Assembly: GCA_017987895.1 (NCBI GenBank) | Contig: JAGNSU010000002.1 | Span: forward strand, 74-64,073 | DNA: 64,000 nt | From: Flavobacteriales bacterium | Lineage (GTDB): Bacteria > Bacteroidota > Bacteroidia > Flavobacteriales_F > PHOS-HE28 | Reading direction: 5' to 3' | In this document: positions 9,570 through 18,629 of the stretch, piece after piece | How the letters are laid out: each line of letters begins with the position of its first letter | Position numbering within the stretch: position 1 is the stretch's first letter | The notes under the pieces: generated by a model | What the model saw: only the letters and a program-made list of their open reading frames with translations | Databases searched by the model: none | Told to the model about the DNA's origin: nothing | Translations under genes and position numbers: made by a program

Positions 9570-9694
9570 ATCCTCGGTGGATCCGAGGGCAGCAAGGCGC
9601 GCCGTGTGATGATCCCCAATGAACAGGCTTTGCATGCGCACCTGAACGCGGGTGTGACGGCAGGGGCTGGGCCGGGGATGGGGGGATTCTGAGG
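9570..9694 (+). pseudogene. Detached duplicate of the ftsK 3' terminus (direct repeat copy 2)
   Basis: Encodes ...GGSEGSKARRVMIPNEQALHAHLNAGVTAGAGPGMGGF* without the rest of ftsK. It appears in the track as the tail of ORF 9468..9692. Confidence 0.75.
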
Positions 9695-9849
9695 TCTAAG
9701 CTCCGAGCCGTGAGCCTTGAGCTGCCAGCTTTGATCCTGGCCACAAGCTGCAGGCCTCAAGCCGCAAGCTTGTTTTCGGCAAGTTTGAGGCGCGCCATCA
9801 GCACGATCCCCTAGTACCTTCGGACGTGCTTCAAACTCGCTTCATATCC

Positions 9850-11208
9850 ATGCGTACTTCGCTCACATGGGCGGTGCTGGTCGCCTGCCTGCATTGTACA
9901 GGTCAAGAGCAGAACAACTGGTGGTATTTCGGCGAAGTCGCTCTTGATCTCAACTCAGGATCACCTGTTCTGAACACGAACAGCGCAATGGACCAGATGG
10001 AGGGTTCGGCCTCGATCGCGGACGCTCAAGGGAATCTACTGTTCTATACGGATGGAGTGACCATCTGGAACCGAAGTGATCTGCCCATGCCGAACGGCAC
10101 AGGACTTCTTGGCCACTCTTCATCGTCACAATCCGCCGTGATCGTTCCAAAGCCATCGAGTTGTGGCATCTATTATGTGTTCACGGTGCCGGCCCAAAGT
10201 GATGTGATCCCGCTTTCCTATTCCATTGTGGATATGAGTCTGGACGGAGGTATGGGCGATGTATCGATCAAGAACATACCGCTCTATGCAGGAGTGACCG
10301 AGCGACTTTCGGCAACACTGCATGCGAACGGGGTGGACTATTGGGTCGCCGGGCAACGATGCAGCGACCACGCGATGCTGTCGTTCAGACTCACAGCGGC
10401 GGGAGTTGACATTGCACCCGTCGTATCTCCACCACTTCTGATAACAGACGCTTGTTACATCGGCTACCTGAAGTTCGCGCCGAACGGAACCAAGCTTTGT
10501 GCAACATATCTCTACGGCTATCACGCGGTGCTCATGGACTATGACAATGCCACAGGCACAGCTGCGAACCCACTTGTGTTATCTCCGTTCGTGGGCAGCG
10601 GTGGCTATGGCGTAGAGTTCTCCGCGCAGTCCAGTCGCTTGTACTTGCAGAGCATTAACGCCCCTCGAGTCCTTGTGCAATATGATATGCTCGCTGGGGA
10701 CACGGCGGACATTCGAGCATCGCGATTCTTAGTAGACAGCACAGGGATCGTGGATCTGGAATATGTATACGGAGGTGCACTACAGATGACGCCTTACGGT
10801 TCCATCTACGTGAACCGTTTGAACAAACCCTATCTGGCGATCGTGCAATACCCGGATCAGCTCGGAGCTGCGTGTGGATACGTCGATCAAGCCATTGATA
10901 TTTCACCGCTGGAATGCCAGGACGGTTTGCCCAATCTTCTCCCCATCCATCCTTCTTGCGAAGCCCAGGTCGGAATTCCAGAGTCAAATCCTGATGCCTT
11001 TTCCATCGGACCAAATCCAGCTTCTTCACTTGTAGAGATCGTCGGGGTCGCACACGGCCTGGCGATCGTCACCGACGCCGCAGGAAGGGAAATAGATCGT
11101 TTATGGCTCACAGGAGGTAGGGCCGTGCTTGACGTCAGCCACTTCGCGAATGGCTGGTATTTAGTCAAAATGTCCAATAAGACTGCCCGATTGATGGTGC
11201 AGCACTGA
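9850..11208 (+). CDS. secreted protein with a T9SS type-A C-terminal sorting domain
   Basis: Signal peptide MRTSLTWAVLVACLHCTGQ. The N-terminal NNWWYFG...LLFYTDG pattern is seen in Bacteroidota surface proteins. The C-terminus FSIGPNPASSLVEIVG...GWYLVKM...ARLMVQH is CTD-like. G+C looks lower than the flanks. Confidence 0.75.
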   Translation: MRTSLTWAVLVACLHCTGQEQNNWWYFGEVALDLNSGSPVLNTNSAMDQMEGSASIADAQGNLLFYTDGVTIWNRSDLPMPNGTGLLGHSSSSQSAVIVPKPSSCGIYYVFTVPAQSDVIPLSYSIVDMSLDGGMGDVSIKNIPLYAGVTERLSATLHANGVDYWVAGQRCSDHAMLSFRLTAAGVDIAPVVSPPLLITDACYIGYLKFAPNGTKLCATYLYGYHAVLMDYDNATGTAANPLVLSPFVGSGGYGVEFSAQSSRLYLQSINAPRVLVQYDMLAGDTADIRASRFLVDSTGIVDLEYVYGGALQMTPYGSIYVNRLNKPYLAIVQYPDQLGAACGYVDQAIDISPLECQDGLPNLLPIHPSCEAQVGIPESNPDAFSIGPNPASSLVEIVGVAHGLAIVTDAAGREIDRLWLTGGRAVLDVSHFANGWYLVKMSNKTARLMVQH

Positions 11209-11413
11209 GGCTGGTCGGTTGAGTGAAGTACGGTGGTGAGGCCAGTTGCAAACTGGCCGGATGATCCATCGGCTTGACCCGTGGCGGCACAAGTGAGCGG
11301 CCTCCCTCCACTCTGGCCCGGCGCGGCCGAACACTTGCGCCATTTAATGGCGAGCAAGTGGGATGAACCAACGCTTGACCCGCGGCAGTACAGATGAAGC
11401 CCCCGCTAAATCA

Positions 11414-12979
11414 TCAGGTGGCACTACTTATCCCCATCATATGTGTAAAGCGCCTTGCCCGGAGAAGTTCACAGAACTCCTTGAGGTTCTGGCTTAGTGC
11501 AGCAATCGTAAGTGCGTTACCCTTATCAGACTGATGTACATTGTACTGTGAACCCTCGAACCAACTACGCTTAGCATCATTCGCACTGTTGGCTATAGTA
11601 TTCAGATTTCGGCGAAGCGTGACGAACCTATCGCCAAGGGTAAACTCCGGCTCTGTAGTATTTATTTCTTTTTGGCCATACGCATCTACGCCGTACTTCT
11701 GAAAGAACATCTCCACGGGATTCTTGAGCTTCCTAGAAAGCAACGATGGGATGTAAAACGCACGTGCTACGCTATCCCTATCATCCTCCTGAATCGAACC
11801 GTCCACTTTCGTTAGCTTGTTCAATACCTCAAGCAGTGCGTCAATGCTGCCGAACACTGAGCACAACTGCTTAACGACTTGCATCATTGCAACGTCATCC
11901 GATGTCATTGTAAAGTGTGTCAGGTCCGTCAATCCAAGCTTCCGCATGGAATGATGCAACCCAACATCAACGGGATGATGAATCACAATGAAACAATCGA
12001 ATCCTGAAACCTTCGCTCGCATCAATTGCCTGACGGTCAGCCAACCCTTGTCCGCACATGCAGACAGTAGGATTTGGAGGACTACTTGTGCCGAAGGATT
12101 TGAGACACTTGAAGATGTTCGGCAGTATTCGGTTACAGTGTCAGATATGCTGAACTCGAAATGTTCCTCTGAAAGGAACTTGTCAATGTAGCCCTCAAAA
12201 TCGACCAAAGCACCATAACGATGCTGATATATGAGTCTTATGTTGTTGACGTCGCACACGAGTATGATTTTGTCGAATCCGAACTTATTTTCATCGGAAT
12301 CACTCTCCATATGAGCACTAAATATGTTCATGATTCTGAAGATATGCTCTGGGTCAAGGCGGTCTAAGTCATCCACTACCAGAAGCACGGCCTTGCCAGC
12401 CTCACGCTGCCGAGATATAATCGAGCGTATGTAGTCGGCTACGACACCACTTTCCCAAACAGAACTGGCGGATTGATGCAAGCTTTCGACAAACTCTGTA
12501 GCTCTGACAGCCTCTGGCTGTGATTCCCTTGTGAGCTTCTCCTCGAACTCATTGACATCCTTTACGAGATCCGAAATGGCTTGCATCACTCCACTGACCT
12601 TCTCCGTGAAAGGAATCGCCTTGGACAAGGCGGTTGCGAGATGACTTGAGAATGCTAAGGGGTTGCGGATGATGTACTGAAGCCAGACGTGTTGGATAGG
12701 CATTTTCCGCAACTCTTCTGGGGCGGCAAGACCTAATATGTAGAATTGGAGCAGCACGTCAGCCTTAACGATATTGAAGATGTCGTCATTGCTGCTCACA
12801 CTATAGTTCACCGGGTTTACTCGGACCATTACATACTCATACGACCTTGAACTAAAATACTCGCGGATAAAGGTTGACTTCCCAGTACCAAAAGGTCCAG
12901 ATACGATAGTTCGCTTGATGGCCGGGTTAGAAATGTGCATATCGAACCGCCTCGTAATCGCACCATAAGGTATTTCCAT
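11414..12979 (-). CDS. KAP-family P-loop NTPase
   Basis: Walker A GPFGTGKST, Walker B-like LLVVDDLDRLDPEH, and a large helical remainder. Visibly AT-richer than the neighbours. I chose the ATG giving MEIPYG; the track ORF extends to a TTG at 13024. Confidence 0.8.
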   Translation of the reverse strand: MEIPYGAITRRFDMHISNPAIKRTIVSGPFGTGKSTFIREYFSSRSYEYVMVRVNPVNYSVSSNDDIFNIVKADVLLQFYILGLAAPEELRKMPIQHVWLQYIIRNPLAFSSHLATALSKAIPFTEKVSGVMQAISDLVKDVNEFEEKLTRESQPEAVRATEFVESLHQSASSVWESGVVADYIRSIISRQREAGKAVLLVVDDLDRLDPEHIFRIMNIFSAHMESDSDENKFGFDKIILVCDVNNIRLIYQHRYGALVDFEGYIDKFLSEEHFEFSISDTVTEYCRTSSSVSNPSAQVVLQILLSACADKGWLTVRQLMRAKVSGFDCFIVIHHPVDVGLHHSMRKLGLTDLTHFTMTSDDVAMMQVVKQLCSVFGSIDALLEVLNKLTKVDGSIQEDDRDSVARAFYIPSLLSRKLKNPVEMFFQKYGVDAYGQKEINTTEPEFTLGDRFVTLRRNLNTIANSANDAKRSWFEGSQYNVHQSDKGNALTIAALSQNLKEFCELLRARRFTHMMGISSAT

Positions 12980-13182
12980 TGCAGCTGGTATAACTAGTGT
13001 GTCGAGAACAACCTGATGGAGCAAGTTAGTCTAGAGGGTGTAGCGCAAATGATGACTTGAGTGAACCCGACCGAAAAGTTGGGCGGCACGCCTCGCCGAC
13101 GCCGGGACGGCTATGGCGGAGCGCGTCAGGGCTTCGGCGGCCAAAGGAGCCCGTTGGTGGAACGCAGCCACGATCTTCAAGC

Positions 13183-14421
13183 CTATGGCGCCAGCACCAC
13201 ACCCCACATGAAGTCGAACTGCAGGGCGCTGTCCAGCACTGCGGGAATGGTCGCGCCGGTGGGGTTGTACGGCAACATGGCGATGGCCGCGCTGGAGGGC
13301 TGGCCCTTCGCGTTGAAGGAGGCGTAGGAATGGCAGCTGATGCACGATGAGATGGCCACAGTGCCGTTGCCCACGATGCGCTCGATGACGGAATTGCCCA
13401 GCACGTAGGGCGTGCCGTCCGGGGCGTTGAAATCCACCTGGCTGGACTTGAGGCAGTAGTTCTGCCACACCGGCGAGAGGTGCGCTTCCTCCATAAGCGC
13501 CATCAACTTCTCCGTTTTCGGGCATGGACCATACTGCGTGTTGATCTTCCGCAGGTTGGGCAGGGTGCGTGGTGTTGTGGCGCCGAAGGTGTCCCAGGAG
13601 CCGATGTCGTCCGCCCGGCCCGGTGAGAGGTGATGCTCGAAGGTGCCCCATACCCAATTGGCGTTGCGCCGGCTGCTGACGTGCATGGAGACGAGGGCGT
13701 ACTCCACGGAATCGGAAACACCGGTATAGTAGAGTTCATACAAACGCTCCATGGTACCGATCTCCGGGATCCATTGAAGCAAGGTCTTCACAGGCACCCA
13801 ATCGCCTTTCACGGCGATCGCCGTGGTGGGCATGGTGACCTTGAAATTCTTCGCGTAGGCCACCGCCAAACCCGCCTTGGTATTGAGGCCATTGTTCACG
13901 ATGTAGTCGAACATGGGGCGGTTGCGGCGTACTTCTTCGGCGATCCACGGCGTGGGCGTACCGGTGGTGGGGAACCCTCCTACCGCCGCGTTGCCCGGCG
14001 GGTTGAACGGCACATCGATGGGGCCGGTATGATGGCTGGCCAGCCAGTGGAGCACGCTGGACTGGAACTTCTTGGGCGCACCGCGGCCGGGCCATTGCGG
14101 CGTTTTAGAGAAGGTCTCCTTGTCCGAAGCCCAGGTCTCGAACACCACGGGCTTCGGCGCGTCCGCATAGGCAGGTGAAACGAACTGCACGAACAGCCGC
14201 CAGATGAACTCATCGGAGTTCTGGTCCGTGCTGTCCACTTTACCTGCACGGGATAGTTCGGCTACGCGGATGACACCCTCCGTGGCGGCCACCAGATCCG
14301 GAACAGGTGAAGGCTCAGGTGCCTTGTCCGCTGTGCCGCAACCGGCTGTGATGATCAGGCCCAAGGCGATCGTGAGACAAGTGTGACCGGCGGGAATGAA
14401 GGAGGATCGCTTCTGTGGCAT
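13183..14421 (-). CDS. hypothetical lipoprotein with a single CXXCH motif
   Basis: Lipobox LIITAGC. There is one C-terminal CISCH (CXXCH) motif. No family recognised. Confidence 0.6.
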   Translation of the reverse strand: MPQKRSSFIPAGHTCLTIALGLIITAGCGTADKAPEPSPVPDLVAATEGVIRVAELSRAGKVDSTDQNSDEFIWRLFVQFVSPAYADAPKPVVFETWASDKETFSKTPQWPGRGAPKKFQSSVLHWLASHHTGPIDVPFNPPGNAAVGGFPTTGTPTPWIAEEVRRNRPMFDYIVNNGLNTKAGLAVAYAKNFKVTMPTTAIAVKGDWVPVKTLLQWIPEIGTMERLYELYYTGVSDSVEYALVSMHVSSRRNANWVWGTFEHHLSPGRADDIGSWDTFGATTPRTLPNLRKINTQYGPCPKTEKLMALMEEAHLSPVWQNYCLKSSQVDFNAPDGTPYVLGNSVIERIVGNGTVAISSCISCHSYASFNAKGQPSSAAIAMLPYNPTGATIPAVLDSALQFDFMWGVVLAP

Positions 14422-14708
14422 GGTGTGATGTGGATAGGTGCCACGAGACTACTGACTTGAAGCTGCCCCCACAATACCGAGTTTCCGGGGGGTGGCACCC
14501 GTGTCCCTGCTATTTGGTCCACCATGCCCTGCCCCAGCGTCACCCCGATCTGGCGCAAGACTTCCGCGTGCGAAGACGGGTGTTGGGCAGGGCGCCTACA
14601 TCGCCTTCGCGTAGCCGCTTCGGCGGAGCAAGGCGCCAAAGCGCTTTGGCGACGGCGCGCGGGCGTATTGTGCCGCGTTCCTTGGATCTGTGGGCAAGGG
14701 CCAATGCA

Positions 14709-14740
14709 GCCACAAGCCACTGGCCTCAAGCCACAAGCTT
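14709..14740. repeat. Intergenic repeat gccacaagccactggcctcaagccacaagctt (copy 1)
   Basis: Identical 32-mer at 14945..14976. Degenerate relatives lie near 9741..9772 and 21046..21068. Confidence 0.85.
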
Positions 14741-14874
14741 TAACCGTGCTTTGCCAACGGAGAGCTTACACGGATCGGGAAGGTGGGCGGCACGCCTTCG
14801 CTACAGCTTCGGCGGCCAAAGGAGCCCATTGGTTGGTTGGTCATGTGGTTGTGATGGCTTCGAGCTTGGAATGC

Positions 14875-14899
14875 GGTCTATGGTCGTTGGTCCTAGGTC
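14875..14899. repeat. Intergenic repeat ggtctatggtcgttggtcctaggtc (copy 1)
   Basis: Perfect 25-mer repeated at 15351..15375. A degenerate copy lies at about 19028..19050. Confidence 0.85.
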
Positions 14900-14944
14900 T
14901 TGGGCGAGCTCAGCCTTGAGCCACGAGTTGCGAGCGGTATGCCA

Positions 14945-14976
14945 GCCACAAGCCACTGGCCTCAAGCCACAAGCTT
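14945..14976. repeat. Intergenic repeat gccacaagccactggcctcaagccacaagctt (copy 2)
   Basis: Identical to 14709..14740. The next ~45 nt are also similar (..ggagagc[t/c]tacacgg..). Confidence 0.85.
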
Positions 14977-15018
14977 GATGGGTGCTTCGCGAAATGGAGA
15001 GCCTACACGGTTCCATGG

Positions 15019-15312
15019 GAGATCCCGGATAGCCGCTGCCCGGTGCTGAATGCGGAGCCTGGTTTTCAAAATGCGGCTTGGAAACCACCCCTACCCCTCC
15101 TTATGTACTCGGGGCGAGGGATCGCCCCTCAGGAGGGGAGTTGAACGTTGAGGAGATCCCGGATAGCCGGGGCCCGGTGCTGAATGCGGAGCCTGGTTTT
15201 CAAAATGCGGCTTGGAAACCACCCCTACCGCTCCTTTGTACTCGGGGCGAGGGATCGCCCCTGAGGAGGGGAGTTGAACGTTGAGGAGATCCCGGATAGC
15301 CGGGGCCCTGAT
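15019..15312. repeat. Tandem repeat with a 133-134 bp unit, about 2.2 copies
   Basis: The unit start gagatcccggatagcc recurs at 15019, 15153 and 15286. The units are near-identical by eye and each contains the hairpin ggggcga-ggga-tcgcccc. Confidence 0.85.
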
Positions 15313-15350
15313 GCTGCGCATCACCCGGCTTCCGGGATGACGACGTGGTT

Positions 15351-15375
15351 GGTCTATGGTCGTTGGTCCTAGGTC
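15351..15375. repeat. Intergenic repeat ggtctatggtcgttggtcctaggtc (copy 2)
   Basis: Identical to 14875..14899. Confidence 0.85.
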
Positions 15376-15413
15376 CTAAGTGAAGGATGGCTGTCCGATG
15401 ACCCTTTGAACGC

Positions 15414-18400
15414 CTACCCTCTTGCCCTTACGGTGGCAGACATGAGCATGACGTTGTAGGGATTCCACACGGACATGGCGAAGTACATGGTGGTGGAGCC
15501 CTCGTGGTTCGGGGTGGTGAAGCGCTCGATGAGGTAGGGGGCGTAGACCCCACCGCCTTTATCCTCACGGCACGGGTCACTTAGACCATCGGGCTTGTTC
15601 TCTTCGTGGATGAACTGTCCGAACGCCGTACGCATATCCAGAATGTTCTCGGGACCGGACCATGGCCCCCAGGGATGCGGACTTTGGTGTTCCAGCACCA
15701 CGTACGGATTGTCCCCATTGTAGAGCATCACGAACCGGCTGATGAAGGGATTCCAGCGCACGCCGAACTCGCCTACCGAGCCGGAGAGGAAGAGCGGCCT
15801 GGCGGATGCCTCGTCGCGGCCCCACAGCGGCCTGGACGAGGCATCGGATCCTGCGAAGTAGCGAATGGCCGAACGATCCTCGAGCCGGTTCAAGGGGACG
15901 TGAGCCAGGTAGATGTTGCTGCGCCGATAGCCGCCACTACCGAAGATGAGGATGCCCTCGCCATCCACTTCTGGTAGACCAGGATGATCGAAGTTCCTTA
16001 AGCGTTGGAGCGAGACGTTGATGAATTTCTCACGCGAGAGCTCATAGAGCGATGTGCCGAAGTTCAAGCCATTGTCCTCCGACCGCGCTAGCACGCTGCG
16101 GTGCATGGAAACAAAGTCATCGGCGCTATCGCTAGCGATGCGGCCCGTGGTGAAGAAGACGAACATGCTGCTGCCGTTGGTGACCTGCTGGGCGAAACTC
16201 CATGGCAAGGCCACGTTCGCATTGTCATGAAAGAAATGTTGGAGCCGGCCGCCCACCGGAACGACCACTTCGAAATTGCCGTGACCACTGCCAAAGTCAG
16301 ACTGGATGATGCAGCCCGCATCCGTGATGCCCCTGGCGACGGTGTGGCCTCGTTGCCACCGGCCGGCCAGGTTGGCATTGTCATGGAAGTAGTGTGCGAG
16401 TTGGTCCCCCTCGGGCACAACGACCTCGAAGTTGCCATGGTCACCGCCTTTGAAATCGGACTGCATGATGCAACCGGGGCCGCTAGCATGATCGGTGATG
16501 ACGCGGCCGCGTTGCCATTGGGTATGGCCGCTGTAATTATCCAGGAAGTAGTGTACCAATTGGTTGCCCTCCAGAACAACCACTTCGAAATTGCCGTGTT
16601 CGCTGCCGAAGTCGGACTGGATGATGCACCCCGGGCCCGTGGCGCGATCGGTGATGACGCCGGCGCGTTGCCACTGTGCGGGGCTGCCGGAATTGTCGCG
16701 GAAGTAGTGGACCAGTTCATTCCCCTCCAGGACGACCACTTCGAAATTGCGGTGGTCGCTGCCGAAGTCGGACTGGATGATGCAACCCGGGCCGGTGGCC
16801 TGCGCGGTGATAATGCCGGCGCGTTGCCATGTTGCCGGACCGCCGGAGTTGACGAGGAAGTAGTGGACCAGGTTATGGCCCTCCAGCACCACCACTTCGA
16901 AATTGCCGTGGCCGCTGCCGAAGTCGGACTGCATGATGCACCCTGGACCGGTGGCTTGGGTGCTGATGGTCTGCGCGCATTGCCATGGCGTGCGGACATC
17001 GGTGTTATCATGCCACCAATGGTTCAGCCGTTGCCCTTGCAGGACCACTACTTCAAAATTCCGGTGGATGAGGCCGTAGGTGCTACGGATGATCCAGCCA
17101 GGACCGCTTTCCTTTCGTTCGAAGCTGATGCCATCGGTGGGTACGCAGAAGGCATTCTGCACAATGTCGTCCACCTTGGGAGCGCTGGGATTGAACTTCA
17201 GTTCGATATCCTTCAAGACCACCGTATCGGAACAGAAGGCGATGCTGTCGCGTGCGAGACCGTCATCGGTACGGATGACACCATCCACGTTCGTATCCCC
17301 GAAAAGGAAGGCGAGCCGGCCATCGTGCTCGAACGCTTGACCGAGGTCCGTGCCTGTGACGCCGTAGCGGCTGTGCGTGCGACTGCGTGTAGGTTGTTTC
17401 AGCTGGCGGTCTTCCTCCCCGGTGAGTTGAGCGATCTTCTTGGTGTCACATATATGCGGCGACTCCTTGTATGGTTCAGCGAACCTTTCGCGTAGGACGG
17501 AGGATCGCCACCACGGCGTATCGCCACTGGTGTTGTGGTGAACGTAGTGAACGACCGAACGCGTGACCTCCGCCGCCAAGACCTCGTAGTTAGCACGCTC
17601 GCCAAGCAGCAACGGGCCATTGGCCCCCCGGGTGCCGCGCGCGATGCATCCCGGACCGCCAGAGGCAACGCTGACCACCTGGCCCCGCTTCCACGTGCGC
17701 ACCGGTGCTGAGTTGTCGAGGAAATAGTGCACGAGTTCATTCTCTTCCAACACGACTACCTCGAAGTTCTTGTGTCCGCTACCGAAGTAGCCCTGGATGA
17801 TGGAGCCTGCGCCGCTTGCCAGATCGGTGACCACCCCGACGCGCTGCCATTGCGCCGGGCCGCCGGCATTGTCCAAGAAGTAGTGTACGAGGTCCCTTCC
17901 CTCCAGCACGACCACTTCGAAGTTGCCGTGCTGGCTGCCAAAGTCGGACTGAATGATACAACCAGGCCCTGTGGCGCGCCCTGTGATGACCCCCACGCGT
18001 TGCCACTGAGAAGCACCGCCGTAGTTGTCCAGGAAGTAGTGGACCAGTAGATTTCCCTCTGGCACCACCACTTCGAAGTTGCCGTGGTTGCTGCCGAAAT
18101 CGGACTGGATGATGCAGCCCGGACCAGTGGCTTTTGTGCTGATGACCTGTGCGCGTTGCCATGGTGCGTTGCCGCTGTGGTTGTCCAGGAAGTAGTGCAC
18201 GAGTTCATTCCCTTCCAACGCGACCACCTCGAAGTTGCCGTGGTTGCTGCCAAAGTCGGACTGGATGAGGCCCCCCGGGCCGGTCGCTTTTGTGGTGATG
18301 GGCTTAACCTCTATCCACTTTCTCCCCTCACTCCCCCCTCTAGCTTCCGAGTAATAGTGCCACAAGGTGCCGTTGCTGAAGAGGACCGCTTCCAAGTGGT

Positions 18401-18455
18401 TGGGTGTACCGAAATCACTGCTGATGAGGCATCCAGGGCCGACGAGATCCGACAT
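15414..18455 (-). CDS. 1013-aa repeat protein with 6 propeller-blade repeats, a DUF4185-like N-half, 6 more blade repeats, then a DUF4185-like C-half
   Basis: Twelve ~52-aa repeats with consensus TGPGCIIQSDFGSxHGNFEVVVLEGNxLVHYFLDNxGxxxxWQRAGVIT. The flanking parts carry DUF4185-type motifs (GVTGTDLGQAFEHDGRLAFLFGDT; YRRSNIYLAHVP; WNPFISRFVMLYNG; VYAPYLIERF; MSVWNPYNVMLMS). No signal peptide or T9SS CTD is visible. Confidence 0.85.
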   Translation of the reverse strand: MSDLVGPGCLISSDFGTPNHLEAVLFSNGTLWHYYSEARGGSEGRKWIEVKPITTKATGPGGLIQSDFGSNHGNFEVVALEGNELVHYFLDNHSGNAPWQRAQVISTKATGPGCIIQSDFGSNHGNFEVVVPEGNLLVHYFLDNYGGASQWQRVGVITGRATGPGCIIQSDFGSQHGNFEVVVLEGRDLVHYFLDNAGGPAQWQRVGVVTDLASGAGSIIQGYFGSGHKNFEVVVLEENELVHYFLDNSAPVRTWKRGQVVSVASGGPGCIARGTRGANGPLLLGERANYEVLAAEVTRSVVHYVHHNTSGDTPWWRSSVLRERFAEPYKESPHICDTKKIAQLTGEEDRQLKQPTRSRTHSRYGVTGTDLGQAFEHDGRLAFLFGDTNVDGVIRTDDGLARDSIAFCSDTVVLKDIELKFNPSAPKVDDIVQNAFCVPTDGISFERKESGPGWIIRSTYGLIHRNFEVVVLQGQRLNHWWHDNTDVRTPWQCAQTISTQATGPGCIMQSDFGSGHGNFEVVVLEGHNLVHYFLVNSGGPATWQRAGIITAQATGPGCIIQSDFGSDHRNFEVVVLEGNELVHYFRDNSGSPAQWQRAGVITDRATGPGCIIQSDFGSEHGNFEVVVLEGNQLVHYFLDNYSGHTQWQRGRVITDHASGPGCIMQSDFKGGDHGNFEVVVPEGDQLAHYFHDNANLAGRWQRGHTVARGITDAGCIIQSDFGSGHGNFEVVVPVGGRLQHFFHDNANVALPWSFAQQVTNGSSMFVFFTTGRIASDSADDFVSMHRSVLARSEDNGLNFGTSLYELSREKFINVSLQRLRNFDHPGLPEVDGEGILIFGSGGYRRSNIYLAHVPLNRLEDRSAIRYFAGSDASSRPLWGRDEASARPLFLSGSVGEFGVRWNPFISRFVMLYNGDNPYVVLEHQSPHPWGPWSGPENILDMRTAFGQFIHEENKPDGLSDPCREDKGGGVYAPYLIERFTTPNHEGSTTMYFAMSVWNPYNVMLMSATVRARG

Positions 18456-18629
18456 GTTATGATCGATAAAGGGTTAGTTCTTCTGATGCGAAGCGAATAT
18501 CGGGAACCCGTGTTTAGAGGAACACCCCACGAACGTGGGGGCGGTGCTGTTCCACTATTCGCGTTGACGGTAGTGATCGTGAAGCCATAGTGGTGAGGGG
18601 CCCGGGTGACATCATGACCCGCATTCTTC

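Noticed and set aside
9468-9692. 74-aa ORF downstream of the PIN gene as a third cassette gene.
   Set aside because: Its C-terminal 40 residues are the duplicated ftsK terminus and its N-terminal part overlaps the vapC 3' end. I interpret it as a remnant and have annotated it as a pseudogene fragment.
15019-15312. Possible CRISPR array.
   Set aside because: The units are 133-134 bp and directly abutting, with no unique spacers, and no cas genes are in the window. This is a plain tandem repeat.
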